A stretch of DNA of 63,566 nt, filler included, from Octopus bimaculoides (lineage: Eukaryota): assembly GCF_001194135.2 (NCBI RefSeq). It is 11 parts of 10 records of this genome, joined end to end, with 100 filler letters (N's around TTAATTAATTAA, not from the genome) between each part and the next. Parts side by side here need not be neighbours in the genome. Positions count along the whole stretch, not along the records: positions 41,309 to 44,977 come from NC_068996.1; positions 45,078 to 47,534 come from NC_068991.1; positions 47,635 to 49,242 come from NW_026302346.1; positions 49,343 to 61,100 come from NC_069000.1; 7 more parts are not named here. The stretch is one strand, 5' to 3'. Shown here piece after piece: positions 42,443-54,169 of the stretch. How positions within the stretch are numbered: position 1 is the first letter of the stretch; each line of letters opens with the position of its first letter. The notes beneath the pieces are model-generated. The model searched no databases. It had not been told where the DNA came from and saw only the letters and a program-made list of their open reading frames with translations. The position numbers and the translations under genes were made by a program.

Positions 42443-43054
42443 ACACATTTGAGATAACCATAAACAAAAGACAGACAGACACATACACACACTTAGTTGA
42501 TTGCAATTAGCTACAAACTGAAAAGATGCAGCACAAGTTTTGTCAGTGAACAGGTCATGGTTTCTAAAGCGCCGAAAATATTTTGACACAAATTCAATTT
42601 AAATGGTGAAATGAAACTAACAGATTTTGTGTGTTCTTAAATGTCTTACAAACATCTCCCGTGTTGCAATCGTTTCCTAAAATTACAATTGTCACATAAT
42701 GGCAGTATATGATTATATCACACACACACACATACACACACACACACACACATACACACACGCACATACACACACACACACACATGCAAACACATGCACA
42801 CACGCACATATGTATACACACACACATACATGCATATGCATACATACACATATATTTGTATAAACACACATGCATATTTATGCTTGCTTTTATGTATGTA
42901 TGTATGTATGTATGTACCTGTGGTTGGTATTAGGAAGGACATCCAAACCATGAAAGCCAATCCAAAGCAGGGATTGGCGCTTGATGGAGTTCTTAGACAC
43001 ATTGGAGTCAATCAAACCGTCTGACCCATGCCAACGTGGAACATGGAACTTTAA

Positions 43055-43280
43055 ATGATGATGACGATGGTGATGATGATGATGATGATGATGATGATGA
43101 CGATGACGATGATGGTGATGATGATGATGGTGATGATGATGATAATGACGATTAGGATGATGAGGATGATGATGATGATGATGATGATGACAATGATGAT
43201 GATGATGATGACGGCGATGATGATGATGAAGATGATGATGATGATGATGATGACAATGATGATGATGATGATGACGGCGA

Positions 43281-43314
<34 letters not shown>

Positions 43315-43355
43315 GGTGATGATAATGATGATGATGATAATGATGATGTTGATGA
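43055..43355. repeat. (GAT)n microsatellite
   Basis: Direct reading. Confidence 0.97.
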
Positions 43356-43768
43356 TATATAATTATATCTGCATAAACACACACATATGTATGTATCAAC
43401 GAGATGAAAATGAGCAATGAGAATTTACTCAAAGTATTTGAGCAGCAAAGACAAATAAACATATATCAAATATCATAAAAATAAATAATCGATAATTTAA
43501 ATGCGCTCAGCTGCTGTTTCAATAGCATAAAACATCATTATTTATACTCTTTTTACTCTTTTACTTGTTTCAGTCATTTGACTGTGGCCATGCTGGAGCA
43601 CTGCCTTTAGTCGAGCAAATCGACCCCAGGACTTATTCTTTGGAAGCCTAGTACTTATTCTACCGGTCTCTTTTTGCCGAACCACTAAGTGACGGAGATG
43701 TAAACACACCTGCATCGGTTGTCAAGCAACGTTGGGGGAGACAAACACAGACACACAAACATACACAC

Positions 43769-43799
<31 letters not shown>

Positions 43800-44499
43800 N
43801 NNNNNNNNNNNNNNNNNNNNNNNNNNNNNNNNNNNNNNNNNNNNNNNNNNNNNNNNNNNNNNNNNNNNNNNNNNNNNNNNNNNNNNNNNNNNNNNNNNNN
43901 NNNNNNNNNNNNNNNNNNNNNNTATATATAGATATATACGACTGGCTTCTTTCAGTTTCCGTCTACCAAATCCACTCACAAGGCTTTGGTCAGCCTGAGG
44001 CTATAGTAGAAGACACTTTGCCCAAGGTGCCACGCAGTGGGAGTGAATCCAGAACCATGTGGTTGGTAAGCGAGCTACTTACCACACAGCCACTTCTACA
44101 CCTATGTAAGGATTTTTTATAATGATATTTTATGCCATTGAAACAATGGTTGAGCTCAATGAAATTAATAACTATAGTTAAAAATTATGCTTTTCTGCTT
44201 ATTATTCTATGCCATATTCATTTAAGCTGATTCTATATAAAGGTGCAAGTTTGTTGTATCTGCAGTTACTGTTTTGCATTAATAACAATGGATTATTATT
44301 AACTGAGCTATCAGTCTGTCTGTCTGTCTGTCTGCCTTCTGTCTGCTTTCCTGCCAGCCTGACTGTCTACCTGCCTGCCTGCTTGTCTGTCTGTCTCTCT
44401 ATCTATCCATCTGACAATATCTATCTAAAAATTCATCATCTAATATACCTATTTATATCTATATACATGTGTGTGTGTGTGTGTATGTGTGTGTATGTT

Positions 44500-44532
<33 letters not shown>

Positions 44533-44742
44533 TTGCATGTGTGTCTCTGTGTGTGTATACATATATACATATTTACATACATAGATATATAAATATATAT
44601 GTATCATTATTTAGTGAGTGTGTATATGTCTGTGTGTGTATACATACATGTGTGTATATATATATATGTATATATATATATATGGGTATATGTATAAATA
44701 CACATATGCACATATATATATATATGTATTTACTATCTATCT

Positions 44743-44790
<48 letters not shown>

Positions 44791-44814
44791 TTGCGCACAT
44801 ATATGTTTATATAG

Positions 44815-44851
<37 letters not shown>

Positions 44852-44977
44852 AGTATATATATATATATATGCGAGTATATATATATATATATATATATAT
44901 GCAAGAACATGTGCATTAATGCATATATTTTTAGGCATTGCACTTGTTTGACAAGGGATATGTTTCTATGTATTTGT

Positions 44978-45077
44978 NNNNNNNNNNNNNNNNNNNNNNN
45001 NNNNNNNNNNNNNNNNNNNNNTTAATTAATTAANNNNNNNNNNNNNNNNNNNNNNNNNNNNNNNNNNNNNNNNNNNN
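44978..45077. other. Artificial scaffold spacer
   Basis: N44-TTAATTAATTAA-N44. Confidence 0.97.
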
Positions 45078-45332
45078 CGTAAAATACTGTCTATGTGATC
45101 TCAAATTTTAAAGCAAACACATAATTTTCTTATGGTTTCTTAAACATTCACTTGAACAAAACTGTACAAATCCAAATATATGGTACCCTAGGCATAACAC
45201 CTACATGAACTTCTAACTTGTTGTCTCTTGAGGTCTCTGGGTGAGACTTGGATCCAACTTGTACAAATGCAAAACAAAAGTCAAACATAAAATAATAATA
45301 ATAATAACAATAATAATAATAATAATAATAAT

Positions 45333-45383
<51 letters not shown>

Positions 45384-45399
45384 TGCCCTGATGCAATAC

Positions 45400-45912
45400 C
45401 AGGTTGTGGCTTTCATGGCTTCTGATCTTAAATACTTGGAGGAGGTAGAGCTGCCCTGGGTGAGGAAGATGGCTGCTGGAAGACCCTATGTCTGGCAACA
45501 GGACCCTGCACCATGCCACACAAGCAGGAGAACCTAGTGTTGGCTGTCAGACAATTTCTGTGATCACATCTCCCCCAACATCTGGCTACCTAACTCTCCA
45601 GACTGCAATCCCCTTGATTATTATGTGCGGGCCGCAGTTGAGCAAGAGACTAGTAAAACTCCTCGTAACACCAAGGATTATGGCAGCATTCACCAACCTA
45701 AACAAGGAGACCGTCTAAAAGAGCTGTAGGAGATTCCGAAGTCGTTTGGAGGCCATGGTTGAAGCCAATGGCGATTTTACTGAATAAACTTACTCTTTAG
45801 TATTTCAAGATATTTTTATGTAATTTTGATAAATATATCTGTTAAAATGAGATGTCAGTGTTATTTTCATTTTTGCGTGATTTAGACGACAGTTTATTCA
45901 CCGCACCCTGTA
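45400..45912 (+). mobile_element. DD37D (maT/mori) Tc1-mariner transposase 3' remnant with right end CACCCTG-TA
   Basis: YVWQQD-PAPCHTSRRT*CWLSDNFCDHISPNIWLPNSPDCNPL-DYY has 37 residues between the Asps, followed by CRRFRSRLEAMVEANG. Confidence 0.85.
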
Positions 45913-47216
45913 TAAATATTCTTTTACTCTTTTACTTGCTTCAGTAATCTGACTGCCGCCATGCTGGAGCCCTGCCTTGAATATGTATAATATATATATA
46001 TATGTATAGGCGCAGGAGTGGCTGTGTGGTAAGTAGCTTGCTTACCAACCCACATGGTTCTGGGTTCAGTCCNNNNNNNNNNNNNNNNNNNNNNNNNNNN
46101 NNNNNNNNNNNNNNNNNNNNNNNNNNNNNNNNNNNNNNNNNNNNNNNNNNNNNNNNNNNNNNNNNNNNNNNNNNNNNNNNNNNNNNNNNNNNNNNNNNNN
46201 NNNNNNNNNNNNNNNNNNNNNNNNNNNNNNNNNNNNNNNNNNNNNNNNNNNNNNNNNNNNNNNNNNNNNNNNNNNNNNNNNNNNNNNNNNNNNNNNNNNN
46301 NNNNNNNNNNNNNNNNNNNNNNNNNNNNNNNNNNNNNNNNNNNNNNNNNNNNNNNNNNNNNNNNNNNNNNNNNNNNNNNNNNNNNNNNNNNNNNNNNNNN
46401 NNNNNNNNNNNNNNNNNNNNNNNNNNNNNNNNNNNNNNNNNNNNNNNNNNNNNNNNNNNNNNNNNNNNNNNNNNNNNNNNNNNNNNNNNNNNNNNNNNNN
46501 NNNNNNNNNNNNNNNNNNNNNNNNNNNNNNNNNNNNNNNNNNNNNNNNNNNNNNNNNNNNNNNNNNNNNNNNNNNNNNNNNNNNNNNNNNNNNNNNNNNN
46601 NNNNNNNNNNNNNNNNNNNNNNNNNNNNNNNNNNNNNNNNNNNNNNNNNNNNNNNNNNNNNNNNNNNNNNNNNNNNNNNNNNNNNNNNNNNNNNNNNNNN
46701 NNNNNNNNNNNNNNNNNNNNNNNNNNNNNNNNNNNNNNNNNNNNNNNNNNNNNNNNNNNNNNNNNNNNNNNNNNNNNNNNNNNNNNNNNNNNNNNNNNNN
46801 NNNNNNNNNNNNNNNNNNNNNNNNNNNNNNNNNNNNNNNNNNNNNNNNNNNNNNNTATATATATATATATATATATATATGAATGAGAGTTTTGACGCTG
46901 ATATCCATTATTATTGAAGTTTATTCCTATGTCAACATTTCTGTATAAGGCTATATTTAACTGTCAAATTCAAGTTAAATAGATAAATTACCTTACACAT
47001 CTTCAGGGTAAAAGGTAAAGAGCTAAAAGTAAACACCAAAAACATCGTCTCTAGGTCTGGCTCATATTCTGGTTCATATTCAAATTTCTCCTTAAATAAA
47101 TAATACATACCAAGATTTTGGGCCTCAAGCCTTTTCAATTTCCACATTCTTTTAATTTTCACTCACCCCTAACACACGTGTGTGTGTGTGTGTGCAGGTT
47201 TATAGATTGTGTAATC

Positions 47217-47517
47217 TAGGGAGTGAAAATAAAAATTTGCAGAAACTGAAAATGCCTGAGGTCTAAAATCTTGCTACGTATTATTGCTAGAAAAATGCTA
47301 AATTTTCGCTTAGATTAGTCCCACAAATCCCCCCAAACTCCGATATTGTAAAAAATTCCCAAAATCCCCCATTTTCGGAGTTTAGGGGACTTGAGGGAGT
47401 AAACGCTGTTGACTGATCTCAGCTAAAATTTAGCATTCTTTTAGCAATTAAATATAGCGATATTTTGGTTCTCAGGCATTTTCAATTTTTACAATTTTTT
47501 ATTTTCCTTCCACCCTA
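47217..47517. mobile_element. Foldback-like MITE with ~105-bp TIRs and an inner inverted repeat
   Basis: Arms 47217-47320 and 47411-47517 are imperfect reverse complements; inner ccccccaaactccga / tcggagtttagggg. Confidence 0.75.
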
Positions 47518-47534
47518 ATGTATATGTACACACA

Positions 47535-47634
47535 NNNNNNNNNNNNNNNNNNNNNNNNNNNNNNNNNNNNNNNNNNNNTTAATTAATTAANNNNNNNNNN
47601 NNNNNNNNNNNNNNNNNNNNNNNNNNNNNNNNNN
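47535..47634. other. Artificial scaffold spacer
   Basis: N44-TTAATTAATTAA-N44. Confidence 0.97.
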
Positions 47635-47806
47635 TATATATATATATGTATATGTATATATACGTATATACATACACACGCATACACACATATATGTGTA
47701 TGTATGGATGTTTGCATGTATGAATCTATGTATGTATTACTAAATACGCATGCATGTCGTTATGGCATTTCATGAATATAATATGATTTACCAGAAAGAG
47801 GAAGTT

Positions 47807-47847
<41 letters not shown>

Positions 47848-48363
47848 GGAGATTGAGAAAGTTGTAGGCAAGGAAAAAATGGTAATAAATGGTACCATAC
47901 GTCGTATTTTTCTTAATTTTCTCAAATGTGTGAGTTACAACAGAACATTATAATTACCTGTAAATCTTCAGCTAATAATTGTATCTCTCACTCTCTCACT
48001 TTCTCACCTGTTAAAGTAACAACCAATCCATTTTCAATGTCACATTATACTTTCAGTGTAATCCTGTATGTCAAATGACACATTATCTCGTTCAGATTAC
48101 CGTATTTCTACAACGGATGAATTAATATGCCTTATCGCTAAGACGGCGAGCTTGCAGAAGCGACTTTCGCTTTTCACCCTTTCGGGGTCGATAAATTAAG
48201 TACCAGTTGCTTACTTAATTTTAGTGGAACTAATCGACCACATTTCACATTTTCTTTTTTAAGTTTTGGTACCTATTCTATCGAGTTTCTTTTGCCGAAC
48301 CACTGCGTTACCAACACAAATTGTTCAGTGGTGGTGGAGCACAAAGAGAAACGAAGACATACA

Positions 48364-48413
<50 letters not shown>

Positions 48414-48432
48414 AAGCAGCAGAAATATAACA

Positions 48433-48478
48433 AAAACTGTTACTCATAGTTTCACGTTCCCGTTCGTCGGACAGTTTT
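48433..48478 (-). ncRNA. Type I hammerhead ribozyme, CCGACGA core variant
   Basis: Minus strand AAAACTGT-CCGACGA-ACG(ggaa)CGT-GAAA-CT(atg)AG-TA-ACAGTTTT: 8-bp helix I, GNRA-capped helix II, 3-bp helix III, GUA triplet. Confidence 0.72.
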
Positions 48479-49197
48479 GTAAACAAAACTGCCCGACGAA
48501 CGGGAACGTGAGACTCTGATATTTTGGGGGAAAGAGGCAGTTGATTGCATCGACCTTAATACTCATCCTGTTCTTATTGTTTCGAGCTCGTAAGGACTAA
48601 AGGCACAGGTAAATAAACCTCGACTGAATCTTAATGTCGTATATAAATCCGGAAGAAATGCCACCAAACATTTTGTCAATCCGGTAACGAATCTCCTAAG
48701 TAACATCAACAATTCTTGTGCTATCTCTCTTTGCCTGCTCATCTATTACTCTATAATGGCTATTAATCTAATTAATTGCTATCATTCTAATTCATTAATG
48801 AGGCAACATTTGCACAAGTGATTGACCAGCTCGAATGAGCTGTCAAATCTAGAATTATCTGTAAAATCATATCCTATTTATTTTAGACAAAGGGATGGCA
48901 GATTAAACAATGTAGCCGAGATATGACAACAAATGGTTATGAATGACCACAGATGGAATGCTTTCGAACATAGGCCTCCTTCACCAATGTAGGAAATACC
49001 ATGTGAAATCACCTGAAATCATACCGACTGTGTGGTTAAGAAACGCGCTGTTGCAACCACGTCGATTCGAGTTCACTTCTTTGGTGGTACTATGAGCAAG
49101 TGTCATCACTATTAGCCCTGGGCCAATAAACTCCTTAAGGAGTCGGAAATTGAATGGAAACCACTTTTATGTATATGTAAATGTCTATATATAGCAA

Positions 49198-49233
<36 letters not shown>

Positions 49234-49242
49234 TATATATAT

Positions 49243-49342
49243 NNNNNNNNNNNNNNNNNNNNNNNNNNNNNNNNNNNNNNNNNNNNTTAATTAATTAANN
49301 NNNNNNNNNNNNNNNNNNNNNNNNNNNNNNNNNNNNNNNNNN
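49243..49342. other. Artificial scaffold spacer
   Basis: N44-TTAATTAATTAA-N44. Confidence 0.97.
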
Positions 49343-49638
49343 ATATTCTTCGGTCACTTCGATACCTGACGCGTGGTACACTGTGCACCTATACAGACAA
49401 CGTTGATTTGAGGAAGAGAGTGACCTCATGTACGGCACATACATATGATCATTATAAACAAATCATTTGTGCAGGTCGTTCGGCAAAAGCTGAACACACA
49501 TACGTCGTATATGCATATTTACTCTCTCTTTTTGTCGTTCTCTCTCTCTCTATCTCTTTCTCCCCCCTCTCTCTCTCTATATATATATATATATACATAT
49601 ATATATTTATATATGTATGTATATGTATCTATAACTAC

Positions 49639-49680
<42 letters not shown>

Positions 49681-49683
<3 letters not shown>

Positions 49684-50285
49684 GTTCTCTTAGACATGCG
49701 CATAGTCACTGGGACAACTACTGTCAGTAGCTACGCTGATGATACAAAATTATCACAGGCAATAAAAAAATCTAGATGACGTTGCAAGCTTACAGCGGGA
49801 CCTGAATGCAATATACAAGTGAGTTGAAGAAAACAACAGGCTGTTTAATGCTGGAAATTTTCAAGCACGGCACTATCAATTCACGAATGCTGTGCAGCCT
49901 GCATGTACAGGACTCGAAAGCACTGCAATTCCAGAGTCACAGGTAATGAAAAATTTGGAGATCAGTATGTGCAATAATGCATCATTTCGTGTGCATATTA
50001 TCAAGATGACTGCCGAGTGCAGACAACTGGCAGCTTGGATACTAAGGCTCTTTAGGACCAAAAAACTCCAAGAAATTGTTGACACTGTGGAAGATCTTTG
50101 TTCTTAATCGCCTGGACTACTGCTCTCAGCTATGGTCACCACGTAGTGCCAAACTAACAGCAGAGCTTGAAGAAGGTCCAATGTCACTATATTAAAAATA
50201 TTGAAACAGTGCAGTGGATGAGCTACAGAAATAGACTGAAAAGACTGCAACTTTACTTCCTGGAGCGAAGGCGCGACATATGTTT
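49681..50285 (+). mobile_element. CR1/Crack-type LINE RT C-terminal remnant
   Basis: VSSYADDTKL..LQRDLNAIY..WILRLFRTK..LNRLDYCSQLWSP..SYRNRLKRLQLYFLERRRD, with frameshifts. Confidence 0.85.
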
Positions 50286-50823
50286 GTGACGTATTTTAAA
50301 GGAGAATTCACTGCAGAAAAAGTTCTCTCTTACGGTAAAAGGTGTAAAATCACCATATCTATCCAAGGATTCCCTCAAGTGGAATCTTTGACGGATGTTT
50401 CTGGATCTTTGACCTTCCTCAGTGGGAAATACCGATGAGAGATAACCCTCGGTGGATTCAAAGCGGTAACTTTATCTAAAAGCAATTCATATCAGTGGCT
50501 GAGTTGCGCCCGTGAACCGCCTGGTCGGAATAAAGAAGGTTAAAGAGCCAGAAACGTGTGTCTGGGAATCCGCTTGGGGTAAGACATGGACAAATATGGC
50601 GTTATTACACCTTTTACTCTGAGATAAATTTCACCACAGTAACTGCAGTGAATTTGCCTGTAGATGTTAAAATATGTTACAAACATATTTTAACTAACCT
50701 AAAATTCATTTGGTTCAAATGCTGCTATTTTCATTTAGACTGGGTGATCTACGATCGTTGATGTTGTTTGTTTTTAGATAAAGCTACGGCTGTGAATTTG
50801 CCCAGGTTATCTCTCTTCACTAT

Positions 50824-50868
50824 TTCCCATTGAGGAAGACTAAAGAACCAGAAACGCGCATCTGGGAA
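50824..50868 (+). ncRNA. Degenerate type I hammerhead (C3U); sister copies at ~50528-50568 (+) and 50381-50428 (-)
   Basis: TTCCCA-TTGAGGA-...-GAAA-CGCGCA-TC-TGGGAA. The antisense copy keeps TTCCCA-CTGAGGA, so the three-copy consensus is a complete HHR with a 6-bp helix I. Confidence 0.6.
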
Positions 50869-51562
50869 TCCGCAAGAAGGAAACCCTAGGCAAATATAGT
50901 ATTTCTACACCTTTTACCATAAGAGTGAGTTTTTTTCTCCACTGTAGCCGCGCAGAATTTGCCTTTAGAAGTTAAAATATGTCAGCACCTTGTATAGAGA
51001 TATAATGCTAAAAAGCACAAAAGTATATCAGTAGCAGACGAAAACTATCCAGCGGTGGTGTTGCTAAATCCAGATTTCCGGCTTTTTGCGACAGGCTAAA
51101 TTTGTCTAAGCTTGCGGCTCCTGGTGCATGTTTGTTACTGATGACGCTAGTGGATGCTTGCAACTCAAATCTGTCATATTAGTATTTCTTGTTGAATGAT
51201 GTGCAATAAACAATTGCTATGTCTTCAACCATCTCCCTTATTGAACAGATAATTGAATATAACTTCTGCCCACACCATTTCTATCAATTTAGATCAGTCG
51301 ATATATTCTTTTTCTGCTCTGTCTTTGCCATGTTTGAGTGTATTTTCCTCATATTTTTTCTGTTCAAAACTTTTCTATCTACCGTAATGTCTAGACAAAT
51401 AGGAAGCTTCTACGCCGTCACACAGCTCTCTGCAATTAACCAAATGTTCCACAATTCCTATTGGATGTAATCTTACGTACGTTGTGTCTAAATAAAAGAT
51501 ACAGATGTCAGGTCTGGAATTCTTTTGATTATAGATTTGTTTGATCAGGACCGAGGTGAATA

Positions 51563-52456
51563 TGCGTAGTGCGTTCCAGAAGTATTCGGACTGTTTTCGG
51601 AGATGCAGTTATAACTGTCTTAGATTAATGTAATTTTAGTATAACATGACAATACATCTAATGAATTGACCCGCTAACTTTTGTAATTCCAGATTGAAGG
51701 GCACGCTTGTAACAACGCTTTGAACATACCCTACTACCACTGCTTGTCGCAGCTGACTAGCTTGCAGAATGCAGTTGGAACGTGAAGACAATGTGGGTGC
51801 TCGCTATGCAATAAGATTTTGTGTTAAAGTGAGCAAAAACGATACAGAAACATATGAAATGCTCCAGACCGCTTATGGATTAACATGCATTAGTAGCGTC
51901 TGGTTTTCGCTAGCACAAAAGACTCAAGGACGATAGAGTGGAAATGAGAAACGGTGAGAGGTGTGAGAGGTAGAGAGTCGTCAGAACATCAGAGCTGGTT
52001 GAGAAAATTCGCAATTTTCTGCACGAAGATCGTCGTGTGTTTATAAAGACAAAAAGTATATAGTCTGGATTTGTGGCAACTGTAAACAGAATTATTCACG
52101 AAAGTCTGAACATGCGCAAAGTTTGTTCCCAGAGTGCTCAGTGACGAGCATCCTGGTAACCTACTGCTTGACAAAGACGGGCATTATAACTGTCCCTCAC
52201 TCTATGGTCCAGACCTTGCTCCTTGTGACTTTTGGTTGTTCTCTAAGCTGCAGCAGAACCTCAGAGGCAATCGTTTTGAAGATGATGAGTGCTGTGAGAA
52301 GGGTCCTTGTAACCATTACTTTCATGGGACCTTTACGAAGTAGATGGAGAAGTTCAACAGGTGCATTGAAATCACAGAAGATCAGAGATTTGCATTCCTT
52401 TGAAATAAATGCGTCTCTCCTGAAAAAGTCTGAAAACTTCTAGAATGTACCCTCTA
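51563..52456 (+). mobile_element. Mariner transposon with internal deletion
   Basis: ARYAIRFCVKVSKNDTETYEMLQTAYG (HTH), LNMRKVC..PRVLSD and YGPDLAPCDFWLFSKL. Degenerate ~29-bp TIRs: gtgcgttccagaagtattcggac and the reverse complement of the right end. Confidence 0.88.
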
Positions 52457-53152
52457 AGCAACAACAATTATTATGTTTAAATGTCTCGACCAAAGTTTGT
52501 GATGAGATCTTTGTAAGATCACAGAGCCTCAAGTAAGTGGTATTAAGTGTCCGCAGTGATATAACGAAACACACATGGAGCAGCAAACATACTGCATTGC
52601 TTCAATAAACTGCCGTCGTTAATAATATACTAGCAAGACAGGTGGAAATGCCACATTTTATAAATTTAGTTATAAGAATTTATAAATCTTTGTAACTTTG
52701 TTTTATTTTGATTATGTCTTTGATTTTGTTCCGTAGGTAAGCTTGACGTAACACTTGAGCACATATCGTACACAAGCAGAACAATATAAACAATATTCCT
52801 TTATAAACTTATCTCACAACCAGTGGTTTAGTGACAAGCATTCTGTCCTTCGGTTCACCACTTGATGCGCAGTTTATTCTTCAAGTCATCCGATGTTCCA
52901 AGTAATACAATACCCAACAACTTAACAACACTACAGGAAGCACACAAGCACCTTTGTGCCATTATCCTATTTGCTAGAAATAGTGTCAAAGTCTCTCGCA
53001 AATCACATTTTTTCTTTTTAAAGAAAGATAGGATGGTTTGGAACGCCTTTAGGTCTGAAGCTGAGAATAAAACATAGCAACGGCGACAGCGTCGACGACA
53101 TATCACATTAAGGTTCATCACAAAAACATTATTTATAAATGTATTCATTGAT

Positions 53153-53300
53153 CATTATTACCTTGCGCACGTAAGCGAAAGCAGGGTATTGTAATCACTT
53201 ATCTTTGTGCGTTTGCAAAATTACTGGAAAACGGCTGAAATCACCAAATTTGGCAGAAACACTAAATGGGTGAGTGGCTCGAAATGATGAAAATTTGGTT
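53153..53300 (+). mobile_element. Possible Helentron-associated non-autonomous (HINE/DINE-like) repeat
   Basis: ttattaccttgcgcacgtaagcgaaagcagggt..attactggaaaacggctg..caccaaatttggcag resembles HINE 5' ends (from recollection). Confidence 0.3.
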
Positions 53301-54005
53301 TGATTGTCAAACATATATGAATGCATGCATAGATATGCGACTGTGTGTGTATGCGTGTGTGTACAGTGATGGATTCGAGAGTTTCGTTTATTTACGAGTT
53401 GCTTTCTTAATTATCACCAGAATATAAATACCTATGATGGTCATACTTTAAAAAAAATCGAACTTACAAATTTCTCGATAAGCACGTGATGATATCCTTT
53501 ATAACCTAAAACGAACTACAGCACGTTTGATTCACCTACCATCATTGAAAAACACTGAAAACACTTCTCAAATTCTATGCAATATTTTCTATAAGTATTT
53601 TATTTTGTTAATTGTCTTTTTTATAATCATAATCATTCATAATCATGATTATTATTTGAATAAGCATTTGTTTAGTCGTATGCAAGTTGTATATTGAACT
53701 TTCCAAAGAACCCTTTGATTTTCTTTGTCAACACGTATTTTAGCATTTCACTGTAAAACTATTGAAATAGACAGTTTTTTTTTAACACGCATGATTCTTC
53801 AGTGAAAACCTGGAGAAGAATCGTTATTTTATTTTATTATTTTTTGAAAATTTTAATTCCAAACCCCCTAAAATAANNNNNNNNNNNNNNNNNNNNNNNN
53901 NNNNNNNNNNNNNNNNNNNNNNNNNNNNNNNNNNNNNNNNNNNNNNNNNNNNNNNNNNNNNNNNNNNNNNNNNNNNNNNNNNNNNNNNTTGCATTTATTT
54001 AAAAG

Positions 54006-54169
54006 GTACCATAATCTTGTGGATCTATTGGCCAAGCTTCATCGGTTCAGTCGGTACTGGATTACTTCAACAGAAAATTGTTGCCAACACTCTCATGTCA
54101 CTCTGTGCTTCTACAGTTGCTGTCTTCGCAGTTTCGTCTCTGCTAGATAAAAATGGCAAACTTGAAATA
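54006..54169 (+). CDS. Rh50: Rhesus-family (Amt/Rh) ammonia transporter, exon equivalent to vertebrate Rh exon 5
   Basis: aaaag acceptor, (G)TIILWIYWPSFIGSVGTGLLQQKIVANTLMSLCASTVAVFAVSSLLDKNGKLEI, ATA|gtaagt donor. 164 nt versus 167 nt for human RH exon 5, same phases. Confidence 0.9.
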
